Position numbers and translations under genes: made by a program. Below, piece by piece: positions 41,579-54,160 of a stretch of DNA of 64,000 nucleotides. The DNA is from Octopus vulgaris. Taxonomy: Eukaryota. Position 1 is the stretch's first letter. Each line of letters starts with the position of its first letter. The notes beneath the pieces were generated by a model. It saw nothing but the letters and a program-made list of their open reading frames with translations. It did not search any database and was not told the DNA's origin. Location: the NCBI GenBank assembly GCA_951406725.2, contig OX597837.1, forward strand, positions 16,368,001-16,432,000, read 5' to 3'.

Positions 41579-42935
41579 ATCTGTAGAAAAGGCATTGGTA
41601 GAAACTCCATAAGATGTACCCAGTGTAAGCTATGGACACATAAGAAGTGCAGCAATATCAAAAGAAGGCTAACTAGGAAGATAGTTTTAGTATGTGGCAG
41701 ATGCTCAGGAGCAATACAAACTGAAAATGTGCAGAGAACAACTTCTGTCACATTCCAGGGAGAAAAACTAGAAGCAGTTGATAGCTTCCATTACCTAGGT
41801 GACCAAGTCAGTAGCAGGGGTGGGTGCACTGAAAGTGTAGCTGCTAGAACAAGAATAGCCTGGACAAAGCTCAGAGAGGTCTTACCTCTGCTGGTGACAA
41901 AGGGCATGTCACTCTGAGTAAAAGGTAGACTGTACGACGCATGCGTACTAACAGCCATGCTACACAGCAGTGAAACATGGGCTGTGACTGATGAGGACAT
42001 GTGTAAGTTCGTGAGGAATGAAGCCACTATTCTCCGTTGGATGTGTAATGTCAGTGTGCATACTCGACAGAGTGTAAGTACCTTGAGAGAAAAGTTGGAC
42101 CCAAGAAGCATCAGATGTGGTGTGCAAGAGAGATGACTGCGCTGGTATGGTCACATGGTGAGAATAGATGAGGATAGCTGTGTGAAGAAGTGCCCTACAC
42201 TAGCAGTTGAGGGACCCCGTGGAAGAGGTAGACCCAGGAAGACCTGGGATGAAGTGATGAAGCACGACCTTCAAACATTAGGCCTCACCAAGGAAATGAC
42301 TAGTGACCGAGACTTTTGGAAATATGCTGTGCTCGAGAAGACCCGGCAAGCCAAATGAGACCATAACCTTGTGGCCAATGCCAGGAGCGTAACCAGCCCA
42401 CTTATGCATACCTTTCCTTCATTGGACACTAAACTCTGCTTGCGAAGACCTGTTGAGGCAAGTGAAATTGAAATCAAAATCAAATTTGATGACTGGCATC
42501 CGTGCTAGTAGAACGCTAAGAGCACCATCCAAGCATGATTATTGCCAGAGCAGCTGACTGGCTTCCGTGCCAGTGGCATGTAAAAAGCACCATTCAAACA
42601 TGTTCGTTACCGATGTCGCCTTACTGGCATGTGAAAAAATATTCGAGCGAGGTTGTTGCCAGTGCCACTGGACTGGCTCCTATGCAGGTGACATGTAAAA
42701 AACACCATTTGAGCATGGCCGTTGCCAGTACCGCCTGACTGGCCCCCGTGCTGGTGGCACGTAAAAGTACCCACAACACTCTTGGAGTGGTTGGTGTTAG
42801 GAAGGGCATCCAGCTGTAGAAACTCTGCCAGATCAAGATTGAAGCCTGCTGCAGCCATCTTGTTTGCCAGTCCTCAGTCAAATTGTCCAGCCCATGACAA
42901 CATGGAAAGTGGACGTTAAACGATGATGATGATGC
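41579..42935 (+). mobile_element. 5'-truncated RTE-type LINE, head-to-head with the previous copy
   Basis: CRKGIGRNSIRCTQCKLWTHKKC...CGRC, YLGDQV, GRPRKTW, four UTR sub-repeats and (GAT)n tail. Confidence 0.92.
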
Positions 42936-43204
42936 TATATATTGTTATATTGGAGATGGTCGTATTTTTACCAATTGACCACACACTCTATGTACTTGGT
43001 CTTCACTTCAGTTTTAGTATTCTTTCCTCACACACCCTGTGACCTCTTCAGCAACTCTCCATTCCACAAGTCTCCACCTGCCACCTTTTCTCTTTAGTTC
43101 ATTCCTTAGCATAGATAAAGCAGAAGAGGAGGTAAGATGGGCTGGAAAGTTGTTCAAAGAGGTTATAGGATGCATAATGAAAGATTTCAGACAAAAGACA
43201 CTAA

Positions 43205-43237
<33 letters not shown>

Positions 43238-43655
43238 GCTGAAGTGAAGACTGAGTACATAGAGTGTATGGTCAACTGGTCAGGAGATGACCATTCCCAA
43301 ATGTAACAATATCTGCTTCAACACACGATTTCACATCAGAAATCTTGCAAAACAAATACATAAATGTTTGTCTATATTATGAGTGCAACCTTAAAGTCAG
43401 AGTATCTTTCTCCTAGAAGAGCTGCCTTCTCCATGGCTTAGTCAAAAGTAATGCGAGTCTCCTCTGCCCCTGGGAAATCTATTTAACCCTAAGATGAGAC
43501 CTGGACAGGTGTTTCCATTCTAGGTCAGAACAGACCTGAGAGTAACAGTAATTAACGGGTAACTCCATGCCCCCCAGAATTCCTGAATCCCAAACTAGAA
43601 CCCCATCATCAGATGCAGTTTAATGTCAGACCCAGTCATTTTGCAATGTTTGTCA

Positions 43656-44129
43656 CTATGGCAACTGAGTGAGTGGCAAAAGTGTTGTACAAGCTTTTGT
43701 CACTTACAGATGTCTCTCTCTATCATTTCCATCCTTGATCCATTTTATATTTTATAAAGTCCTATGGTGATGGATGCATGGTGTGAAATATTACATCTGC
43801 ACCTATGTGCTGATAAAAGTAAACCAAAACAATCAGACTGAATGTGTGTGTGTGTAGTTATATATATATCATCATCATCATCATTGTTTAATGGCAGCCT
43901 TTGCTGATGATGATATAGATATATAAACACACACACATTCAGCCTGATTGTTCTATTTACTTTTATCATCACATGGATATGGATATGACTTTTCAGACCA
44001 TGCATCATCATCATCATCACCATAGGACTTGATCAAGGAAGCAAATGATAGCAAGAGACATCTGTAAGTCATTGGATTTAAGTGACAAAAGCTTGTACAA
44101 CACTTTTGCCGCTCTCTCGGTCACCACAG
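43656..44129. repeat. Long inverted repeat (foldback) with ~220-bp arms and ~20-nt loop
   Basis: 43675-43706 is the exact reverse complement of 44079-44110; similarity continues with indels to the centre at ~43885-43903. Confidence 0.9.
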
Positions 44130-44225
44130 TTTCTCTCCTAATTTCACTTACGACACAACCATGCCAGCATCTATTTAGAAACAAACAGCAGACATAAAAT
44201 CAAGACAGATTGTGAATAATCTCAC

Positions 44226-44744
44226 CATTTAAAGAATGCTGATCATCAATCATTTTGTTGCCATTACCAACCAAAGGCATCTTATATTTGGTAATATGGT
44301 CACTGATGGCTATAGAAGTGTTTTGGTTCGATGCACTTGATGGTAGCTTGCATTTCTTCCTGTAAGTCTCACTGCTAGAAATACTTTGATCAGAGTCGCT
44401 TAGTTCTTCTTTTGATGCAGGGGATGTCCCCTGATCAAATGGCTGCTGTTGATGCCTTCGCAGTTGCTGCTCAAACAAGTCCCGGTTGTTGACCATTCCT
44501 TTCAATTTCTTCTGGATGCACAAAGTGGCTCTCTCAGAAGGATTCAGCAGATACTGTAATTGGGATGGAGTGTGAATGGGTGGTTTCGTTGCTAGGATAG
44601 CATTGCCAAACTGAACTTCCTTTGGTAGTTTTGCTGAGTGGGATCGAAGTGGTTTAGTTGTTTGACTTGTTGTCTTACTGTTGGATGTCTCACCTCGTAT
44701 GATCTGGAGCACTTCTTCCAGGGGTGTATTAAGACAACTTGCTC
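44226..44744 (-). CDS. CEP126: CEP126-like exon
   Basis: ctgcag|GA ... G|gtgag, 519 nt phase 1-1; PLEEVLQII resembles CEP126 PLEEALKQI; within ORF 44200..44757. Confidence 0.85.
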
Positions 44745-46623
44745 CTGCAGCAGACAAGAAAGAAAAAGTCCATTAATCATTCAATGTTAAATTCTTGGTG
44801 TTAGTCTTAAGCACCTAATCCGTAGCCTTAGCAGGGTATCTAATTAAAGAACCCCCTCTAATATGAGACAGGATGTTTGTGTGCCAATAGGGTGTCAGTC
44901 AACTGATCAAAGGTTCCTCTCATTGTTACCACATTATATGACTGTCTTTTATCTTTCACTTGTTTCAGCTATTAGATTGTGGCCATGCTGGGGCAGCACT
45001 GCCTTGAAGAATTTTCTTCAAACAAATTGATGCAGGACTGCTTTTTGTTCGAAAGCCTGATATTTATTCTGTCAGTCACTTTTGCTGCTCTGGAGATGTC
45101 AATCGGTGGTGATGGGCAAACATAGACAGAACCCCACCACACACACACACACACAACAGGCTTCTTTGAGTTTCTGTCTACTAAATCCACTAGCAAGGCT
45201 TTAGTCAGCCTAAGTCTATAGTAGAAGACACTTGCTCAAGGTGCCATGCAATGGAACTGAACCTGGAACTACATGGTCGGGAAGTGAACTTCTTACCACA
45301 CAGCTACACCTCTATGGACATTATGTTAGTAAAATATGTCTGCAATCAAAAATCAACAGCTGAATTCCCCTAGCTTGAAGTAATTCCTACAAAACAGTTC
45401 CCCTTTGTAAGTAACAGCAGCACTGAGACCTCTATGAACATTCACCTGCTCTCATGAATAGCATGAACATAACAAATTTACATTTCTATATTTGTTCCAG
45501 CTCTGTGTCCTGTGTTCAAACCTTGCTATGGCCTACTTAAAGAGTACACTACTTCATTCCCTGGTTTAGTATTACCACCAGACTCTTTGAGTTCCTTTAG
45601 CAAAGGCTTCTCTGTAACAAGCACTCACAGTAGATTTCTTACTTAAGGACACCTTCCTCTCATATTCACTCCCTTTCATCAATAAAAGCCACAGGTACAA
45701 CCCTTTCCTCCTGACTAAATATTTAGGTCTGTCATGAGCCCCAAGGACTCATAAATAGCCAGAGCTTAACCTAGTTTCAAAGGCATATAACTGTCTGGGG
45801 ATATAACTTCCCCTACTGAACAGGACATTGGTTCATTGCAGGGTAAACTTTGCAGCTGAGTGGAATGGAACAATGTGAATGCAGCAGCTGGTCCAGGAAT
45901 CAAAACTACAATTTTATGATTGTGAGTAGCCACACTCTAACCACTAAGCCATGCAATTTTATGCTCACTAAATGATAAAAGTCAGAGCTGCAGGAGTGGC
46001 TGTGTGGGAAGAAGCTTGCTTCCCAACCACATGTGTTCTGGGTTCAGTGTCATTGCAGGGAGCACTTTGGGCAAGTGTCTTCTACCATAGCCTTGAGCTG
46101 ATCAAAGCCTTGGGAGTGGATTTGGTAGATGGAAACTGAAATAAGTCCATTGTATACACACACACACATGATGGTGCATAGCCTAATGGTTAGGCTGTTG
46201 CACTCATGATCACTAGACTGTGGGTTCGATTCCCCAATTGGGTGGCACGTTGTGTTCTTGAGCAAAACACTTCATTTCACATTGCTCCTGTACTCCTTCG
46301 ATCAGGGAGGATTCCTGGCCTACTCACCTAGCCGGCAGGGTGGTGCCATTTGAAGGCTAAAACAATGCAAAAACACATTGTGACCAGTGATGTGTAACAA
46401 CATCTGATAGCCTGGTTGGTCACGTGATTATATATGAAACGAGTAAAAAAGAAAAGACAGCAATTTATCACTGCTTAAGCTTAAATCCCTACTCTTAATC
46501 CTAAGTGGTTATTTACTCTTTCATAATTTTAAGTACCTCTTTACCCTCAGTAGAATAACAAACCAATGACTTATAGCAATGAAAGATTTCAAAAAATATC
46601 AGTTAAGGAAACGATCAGTTTAC

Positions 46624-46763
46624 CTTTTCTGATCCGACTTTGAAGCGGTGCCCTCTGAAACCGTTCTGTTGCCTGTTGCTGCAATAATCGCCGGTGCAAT
46701 AAAATTTCTTGTCGTCGTTTCTCCTCTCTTTGACTCTCTTGCTTCCTTCGTAGAGCTAGAACT
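46624..46763 (-). CDS. CEP126: CEP126-like exon, coiled coil
   Basis: cag|A ... G|gta, 140 nt phase 2-1; VLALRRKQESQREEKRRQEILLHRRLLQQQATERFQRAPL matches the CEP126 IL.QR...TE.FQRA motif. Confidence 0.85.
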
Positions 46764-46806
46764 CTGGAGAATATGAGGTGAAGTTAAAAAATATAGAATA
46801 TATATA

Positions 46807-47730
46807 TTGGGTCATCCCATAAATAATGTGGATCTTTTACACTTCTTTTATTTTTCAAATTAAGATAAAGTTATTTTTTGATCTAACATATACTCTCCTT
46901 CATTTTCTACAATGACCTTCCACCTATCTGGTAGACTTGCAAGGCCCTTCTTCCATAATTCACTTGTCTGTAATGAAAAATACTCCGCCAGTACTGTTCT
47001 AACCTCATCTACAGAATTCATATTTTTTTACATCCAAATGATTTTGAAGAATGCAGAATAAATGATATTCAGATAAAGCAATGACCAGTAAATATGGTAG
47101 GTTGGGCATTGTTTCTTATTCAAACTGCTCCAGCCTTTGGAATGTCAGCTTTGCTGTATGTGGCCGAGCATTATCCTGATGGAAGAACACTTTTCATCTT
47201 GAAACCAAAGACACTCGTTTTTCTTCTGGCACTGACTTGAATGACAAGCTGAATGACCAAATCCAAGTTTCTCTGCTAGTTCCTCAAAAGTTACGATGGG
47301 ATTTTGTTCCACCAGGGTTAGCACAGTGTCCTCGATGAGTTCTACAGATTTTCCAGGATGAGGATCGTCTTCTAGATTGTAGCTTCCAGCTTGGAATTTC
47401 TGGAACCACTATTGACACTGGCTTAAGCTTATTGTCCGATCCCCATATACTGCATTAATATTCCTTGAACTTTCCGGTGCGTTGTTGCCTTCATTGAACT
47501 CACAAACCAAAATATGCTGAAGATGTTCCTTTGTTACTTCCATTATAGATTTGAAAAAAAAATAACTGTTAAAATCAAACTACAATCTTCAAAACTTGCA
47601 CTAAGAGTAATGACAAGGTAAAATTGCCACCTGCTTTTATAGCAAGTTGATGCAGGTAGTTTATCCTATCCCCCTCCAACTTTTAGTTCATGCAGTTGAA
47701 AAAAACCACATTATTTATGGGATAACCCAA
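46807..47730 (-). mobile_element. Tc1/mariner element, internally deleted, TIRs intact
   Basis: TIRs TTGGGTCATCCCATAAATAATGTGG / CCACATTATTTATGGGATAACCCAA flanked by TA; relic HQDNARPHTAK, SEYHLF and LPDRW mariner motifs. Confidence 0.9.
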
Positions 47731-47736
47731 TATATC

Positions 47737-49110
47737 AGCATCATCTTCATTGTTTAACATCCGTTTTCCATGCTGGCATGGGTTGGATGGTCTGACTGAG
47801 GTCTGGAGAGCCAGCAGTTGCACCAGGCTCCAATCTGATCTCATGATGTTTCTACAGCTGGATACCCTTCCTAATGCCAACCACTCCAAGAGTGTAGTGG
47901 GTGTTTTTTTACATGCCACCGGCACTGGAGCCAGTCAAGGGGCATTGGCCAACGGCTATGGTTTTGGTTTTACTTGACTCAAAAGGTCTTCTCAATCATA
48001 ACATATCACCTGACGCATCAAGGGTACTCTTCAATCGGCCAGATATGCAACACTGGTATCAGCCGTGATTGCAATCTCACTTTAGTTGCCGGGTCTTCTC
48101 AATCACAGCATATCTCCAAAGGTCTCAGTCTCCTATCATTGCCACTGTGAAGCCCAATTTTTGAAGGTCATGCTTCACCACCTCATCCTATGTCTTCCTG
48201 GGTCTACCTCTTCCACAGGTTCCTTCCACAGTTAGGATGTGGCACTTCCTCACACAATTATCCTCATCTATATGTAACACATGGCCATACCAGCACAGTC
48301 ACCTCTCTTGCACGTCACATTTGATACTTCTTATGTCCAACTTTTCCCCTCAAGGCGTTCACACTCTGTCTTTGGACACTGACATTACACATCCAGTGGA
48401 TCATACTAACTTCATTTCTTTCAAGCCTACGCATGTCCTCAGCAGTCATGGCCCACGTTTCCCTGCTGTGTAGCATGGCAGTTCACACACATGCACCATA
48501 CAGTCTACCTTTCATTCTGAGCAAGAGGCTGTTAGTTGCCAGCAGAGGTAGGAGCTCCCTGAACTTTGCCCAGGCAATTCTTATTCTAGCCACTACACTC
48601 TCAGAGCAAACACCCCAACTACAGACTTAGTCGCCTAGGTAGTGGAAGCTATCAACTACTTTTATTTTTTTTTCCCTGGCATGTGATGAAATCTTTTTTC
48701 GGTACATCTTCAGTGTTTATTGCCCCTGTGCATCTGCTACACACAAAAACTATCTTCCTGGTTAACCTCCCTCTGAGATTGCTGCACCTTGTATGTGGCC
48801 ACAGCTTACATCAGGTACATTGTATGGAGTTTCTACCCACACCTTTTCTACAGACCGAGCAGGGCCATCTACATGAAGGGGTTTGTGATTTCTACTTACT
48901 AAGAGTTTGGTCTTTGCTAGGTTAATCTTAAAGCCCTTCGATTCTAGACCTTGCTTCCACACCCTAAACTTCGTCTTTAGTTCTGGTAGTGACTTGACTA
49001 TTAGAGCAAGGTCATCAGCATAGAGAAGCTCCCAGGGGCATCCTGTCTTGAATTCCTCTGTTATTGCCTGGAGGACTATGATGAATAAGAGGGAGATGAG
49101 GACTGATCCT
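47737..49110 (-). mobile_element. RTE-type LINE fragment
   Basis: PWELLYADDLAL, WPCSVCRKGVGRNSIQC, YLGD and tail. Confidence 0.88.
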
Positions 49111-49770
49111 GTTTTTCTATTCAGCTTCTATGCTCCGATCCTTGTAACTTGTGAGTATATCCTAGCACTACACCATCTCTCTTCTGCTCTCTCTTACACT
49201 TTTTCTGTTTCCTACGCTCTCTTGATTACTCTCTCTCTGCTTTTGTTTTCCCTCTGACTAGGTAACGCAAGTAACTCCTTTACATCAGCACACTTGTTTC
49301 TGGCCTCTTTCTGTTCCTCTCTCTCTCTCTCACTGGGTAACCATATACCTCCTCTATAGCGAGACACCTATTTCTGCCTTGTTATTTCTGTCACACTCTA
49401 ATCTTTCATCATTTGATACTGGATTACCTCCTCTGATACTCACTCTATTGTGGCAAGACACCTGCTTCTCTCTCTCTCTCTTTGTCACACTCTAACCTTT
49501 CATCTTCTAACATAAGTTCCCTTCCTCAAGTGCCCCTGCCCCTCTCATAATTCCTTGTCTTACAAGTCACTTGGTTACCCTGCCACTGCTGGTGCTATGT
49601 TGAAAGCATCCAGTCCACACTAACATGGTTGGCATTTGAAAGGGCATCCAGCTGTAAAAATCATGCCAAAATAGAGACAGTAGCCTCGGGTAGTTTTTCT
49701 ACCTGACTGGTTCCTGTCAAACATCCCACCCATGCATACATGGACGATGGCTGTTAAACGATGACAATGA
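49110..49770 (+). mobile_element. Related retroelement 3' region with GGGCATCCAGCTGT tail
   Basis: Pyrimidine-rich repeats followed by AAGGGCATCCAGCTGTAAAAA and GTTAAACGATGAC. Confidence 0.45.
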
Positions 49771-50249
49771 CAACATACACACACACACATTCAGAAGGTT
49801 TATTTGTTATGACCAGTCAGAGTGGTGATTGGTTTCACACCCATAAAGCTCTTAGCTGTATAGGAAACTTGTCGAACTCGTTAGCCAGAAGTACATAATC
49901 CCTCCCCCCTTCTCTCTAATCAAACCAAGTGAAACCAAGTCTATTAAGCAAGCCATCTTTTTAAAGAGGCACCTGAAGAGACACATCTGCACCTCAAACA
50001 GTTGTATAGTATCCTATCCACAAGAGACCAATGTTGTAGGAGACAATTGTTGTAATGAATAAAGATTCTTGTGAATTCCACTTTCTGTTTCTCTCATTTG
50101 CTATATACTCAATGACCATTGCAAAATTCCTGAGGTAGATCCAGTGACTTTTATATCAAAACTGTGGATGACATCAGATAACCATAGACAGTGAAAGTGC
50201 TTTAATCGGCATACTATCAGATGTATAATCAAAGTTTAAATACTATGTA

Positions 50250-51453
50250 TATCATCATCATCGTTTCATGTCAGCATTCCATACTGGCATGGGTTGGACG
50301 GTTTGACAGGGGCTGGCCAGGCTGGAGCCTGCATCAGACTTCTGTGTCTGTTTTGGCAGGGTTTTTATGGTTGGACGTCCTTCCTAACACCAACCACCCA
50401 GCAGAGTGGATTATATAAGAATCACCTGGACAAGGTTCAGAAAGCTCCTACCTCTATCGGCAACTAAGGTCCTCTCACTCAGAGTGGAAGGTAGACTGTA
50501 TGATGCATGTGTGTGAACTGCCATGCTACACGGCAGTAAAACATGGGCCGTGGCTGCTGAAGACATGTGTAGGCTTGAAAGAAATGAAGCTAGTATGATC
50601 TGCTGGATGTGAAATATCAGTGTGCACTCACGACAGAGTGTAAGTGCCCCGAGAGAAATGTTGGACATAAGAAACATCAGATGTGGTGCGCAAGAGAGGT
50701 GACTGTGCTAGTATGGTCATGTGCTGTGTATGGATGAGGACAACAATGTGAAGAAGTGTCACTCCCTATCAGTGGAAGGAACCTGTGGAAGAGGTAGACC
50801 CAGGAAGACATGGGATGAGGTGGTGAAGCATGACCTTTGAACGAAGGGCCTCACAGAGGCAATAATGAAAGACCTCTGGAGATATGTGATTGAGAAGACC
50901 TGGCTAGTAAAGTGAGATCACAGCTGTAGCCTACACCAGCCCTTTTAAATAGTACCTTTGAATCGTCAGGTGACATGCCATGCTTGAGAAGACCTATTGT
51001 GTCAAGTAAAATCAAAATCAAATCACAATCAAATGGAAATTGTAGTTGTGGACTATGCCAGTGCTGGTGGCATGCAATAAGCACCATTCAGGTGTGGGTC
51101 ATTGCCAGGACCGCCTGAATGGCTCTCCATGCTGGTGGCATGTAAAATGCATCATTTGAAAGTGGTCGATGCCAGCCTTGCTGCCCCACCTGGCTCCTGT
51201 GCTAGTAGCATGTAAAAAGCACCATCCGCACATGGCTGACGCCAGTGCCGCCTGACTGGTTCCCGTGCTGGTGGCATGTAAAAAGTACCCACTACACTCT
51301 CAGAGTGGTTGGCATTAGGAAGGGCATCCAGCTGCAGAAACGTTGCCAGATCAAGATTGGAGCCTGGTGCGGTCTCCTGGCTTTCTGGTCCCCAGACAAA
51401 CCACCTAACCCATGCCAGCAAAGAAAATGGATGTTAACCGATGATGATGATGA
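50250..51453. mobile_element. Head-to-head RTE pair: minus-strand tail (50250-50412) plus plus-strand RT end and UTR (50416-51453)
   Basis: (ATC)n on the left, (GAT)n on the right, junction at TTATATA. Confidence 0.8.
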
Positions 51454-52189
51454 TATATGGGTAACTGCAGGCATGGCTATACGGTTGAGTAGCTAGCACC
51501 GCAACCATATAATCTTGGGTTCAGTCCCTATACACAACAACTTGGGTGTCTTCTACTACTGTCCCAGGTCAACCAAAACCTTGGGAATGAATTTGAAAGA
51601 AGTCCATCATGTGTGTGTGTTGACATCAGTGCCATACAGTATTATGTTGCCTGGAAACAGATGAGGGTTGGCAACAGGAAGAGCATCCAGTAATAGAAAA
51701 TCCACCCAAAATAATTTCTGTCTGACCCATGCAAGCACGAAAAGTGGACATATGATGATGATGATGTTGTATGCATATTTTATAATTCCACTTCGCCACA
51801 GCAGAACTTTTGCTAGAACTTAATATACATATAATTACTAAGTTCTGGTGATGAGGTGATATGAATTCACGGACATCCTCAGCTCCAGATTCTTATATGA
51901 ACCATAAGCTAAGTTCACAGCTTGTCATCAATTAAAAGAACAAGAATTATGCATCTTCAGTAGTTTACAGCCATTTCAGCTACAAGGAACTGTGCATCCA
52001 GAGGAGCCAATTGCTGGTGTGACATCTTGTAGTTTCATGAAATTCTGAACAGGAAGTGTTTAGTTCTTGAGGAACATGTTTGACTGGCAAAGCTGTAAGA
52101 TTCTGCACAGAGATTCAACTCTGGCTGGATGTGCAGTTCCTTATAATGAAACAGCTGTAAGGTAACGACCCTCACAGGCCACGACCATG

Positions 52190-54160
52190 ATTTCATTTAG
52201 CTCAGAGTGTCTTCTTCTCAAACACAGCAGATTGTCAGAAGTATTAGTCACTTATCACCACCGTGAGACTCAACAACAAAAGTTCATATTTCATCACCTC
52301 ATCCCACATCTTTCTGGATTTACCTCTTCTACAAGTTCCCTCCACAATTAAAGATCAGTACTTCTTTATACAGCTGTCCATGTTCATATGCATCACATGA
52401 CCATACCACGCCACATCTGATAAGACCTCTTATACCCAATTTTCCTCTCAAGACACTTACACTCTGTCATACATGCATACTGACACTGCACATCCAGCAG
52501 AGTATGCTTCATTTCGTTCAAGCTTTCACATGTCCTCTGCAGTCACAGCCCACAATTCACTGCCATGTAGCATGGCTGTTTGTACACAGGCACCTTACAA
52601 TCTGCCTTTTGCTCTGAGAGAGAGGCCCTTTGATACTAACAACAGTAGAAGCTTTCTAAACTTTGCCCAGCCTATTCTTATTCTAGCAGCTACATTCTCC
52701 AAACATCCTTCTCTACTGCTGACTTGGTCACCAAGGTAATGGAAGCTATCTACAACTTCCAAGTATCTTCCCAAGCATTTGACAAAGTCTATTTCCTGTA
52801 CATTCCTAGTGATTATTGTACCTGCACATCTACATACAAAGACTACTTTCTCTGTTAACCTTCCTCTGATCCCATTATGTGTCCAAAGCTTACACTGGGT
52901 ACACTGTATGGAGTTTCTATCAACAAACTTTCCACATATCAAGTGGGGCCATATCCCTGAAGGGAACAGTAATTTGTCTCTTTTCCTACTTACTAAGACC
53001 TTAGTCTTTGCTAAATTAACTCAAAGGCCCTTTGATTCTAGACCTTGCTTCTATACTTGAGAGCTCTTCTCTAGTTCTGGTAGTGATTCAGCTATAAGAA
53101 CAAGGTCGTCAGCATAGTGGAGCTCCCATGGGCAGCCTGTCTTAAATTCCTCTGTTATAGCCTGGAGGATTATGATGAAGAAGAGGGGGCTGAGAACCGA
53201 TCCTTGGTGAATTCCTACCTGTACACTAAGTTCCTTGCTTTACTCATTGCCGACTTTCACCTTACTGACAGCATCACATCCCTGTACATGGCTTGTATAA
53301 TACTCACCAAACGCACATCCATCCCTAACTTCTGCATTAACCACCAGATAAGGGAGGAGGAACCATGTCAAAAGCTTTCTCCATGTCACAAAAACCAAAT
53401 ACAGAGATTTATTTTTTGCTAAATACTTCTCCAGCTGCCTTACCAGCATAAACGGTGCTTCTCCCTAGTACAAAGCCAAACTGCATCTCCTGTAGACTAA
53501 CCCTCATCCTAATTAATTGAGATATGACCTTCTCTGTAACTTACATTACCTGGTTTAGCAATTTGATACCTCTATAATTATTTCTGACTAGGGCAGTTGG
53601 CCATGCTGTTGCTACACCAGTCGTTGGCTGTGATTCCTTTATGGACAACCTGTTTAACTATATGGGTGATTAGATCATATTCCACTCTGCCAGATATTTT
53701 AAGCATCTCCTGATGGGTTAGGGGCACTTTCCCTGTCTTCATATCCTTCATCTCTTTATCTACCAAGCTACTGTCCATTTGGATAGCTGATCTCTGTGTT
53801 GGGTCCACGCTAGGCAGACTCTCCTTCTCCCATCATCTGTTCTCTACATTTAGCAGCCTTTCTTAGTGGCAGTTCTTCCAAGGCTCTTTCTAAGCAGAGT
53901 CACTTACTGCAAGTGAACCATCATCCATACAAACACACTTCTTTCCTGCTACATCATGGCTTTCCCTGACACACTGTCCTCCAAATGGAAACACCTCAAG
54001 CTTCTAGTCCTCCTCACACCACATAACATCAGCAAACTTCTTCCTTTCTGATTTCTTCCCTGGCTCAGTGTACCTGTCTCCTAGCTTCCCTTCAAGTTAC
54101 CTGATATAGTTCTTTGCTATCACCACCCTTCAAGTCCTTACAGGACTGTTTCTTTGCTCT
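52190..54160 (-). mobile_element. Longer decayed RTE-type LINE RT fragment
   Basis: MKTGK, QLEKYLAKNKSLYLVFV, YADDLVL, Cys finger and YLGDQV. Confidence 0.85.

Noticed and set aside
40873-41917. Overlapping antisense ORFs as a novel bidirectional gene
   Set aside because: Both are RT C-termini of two inverted LINE copies reading through their junction
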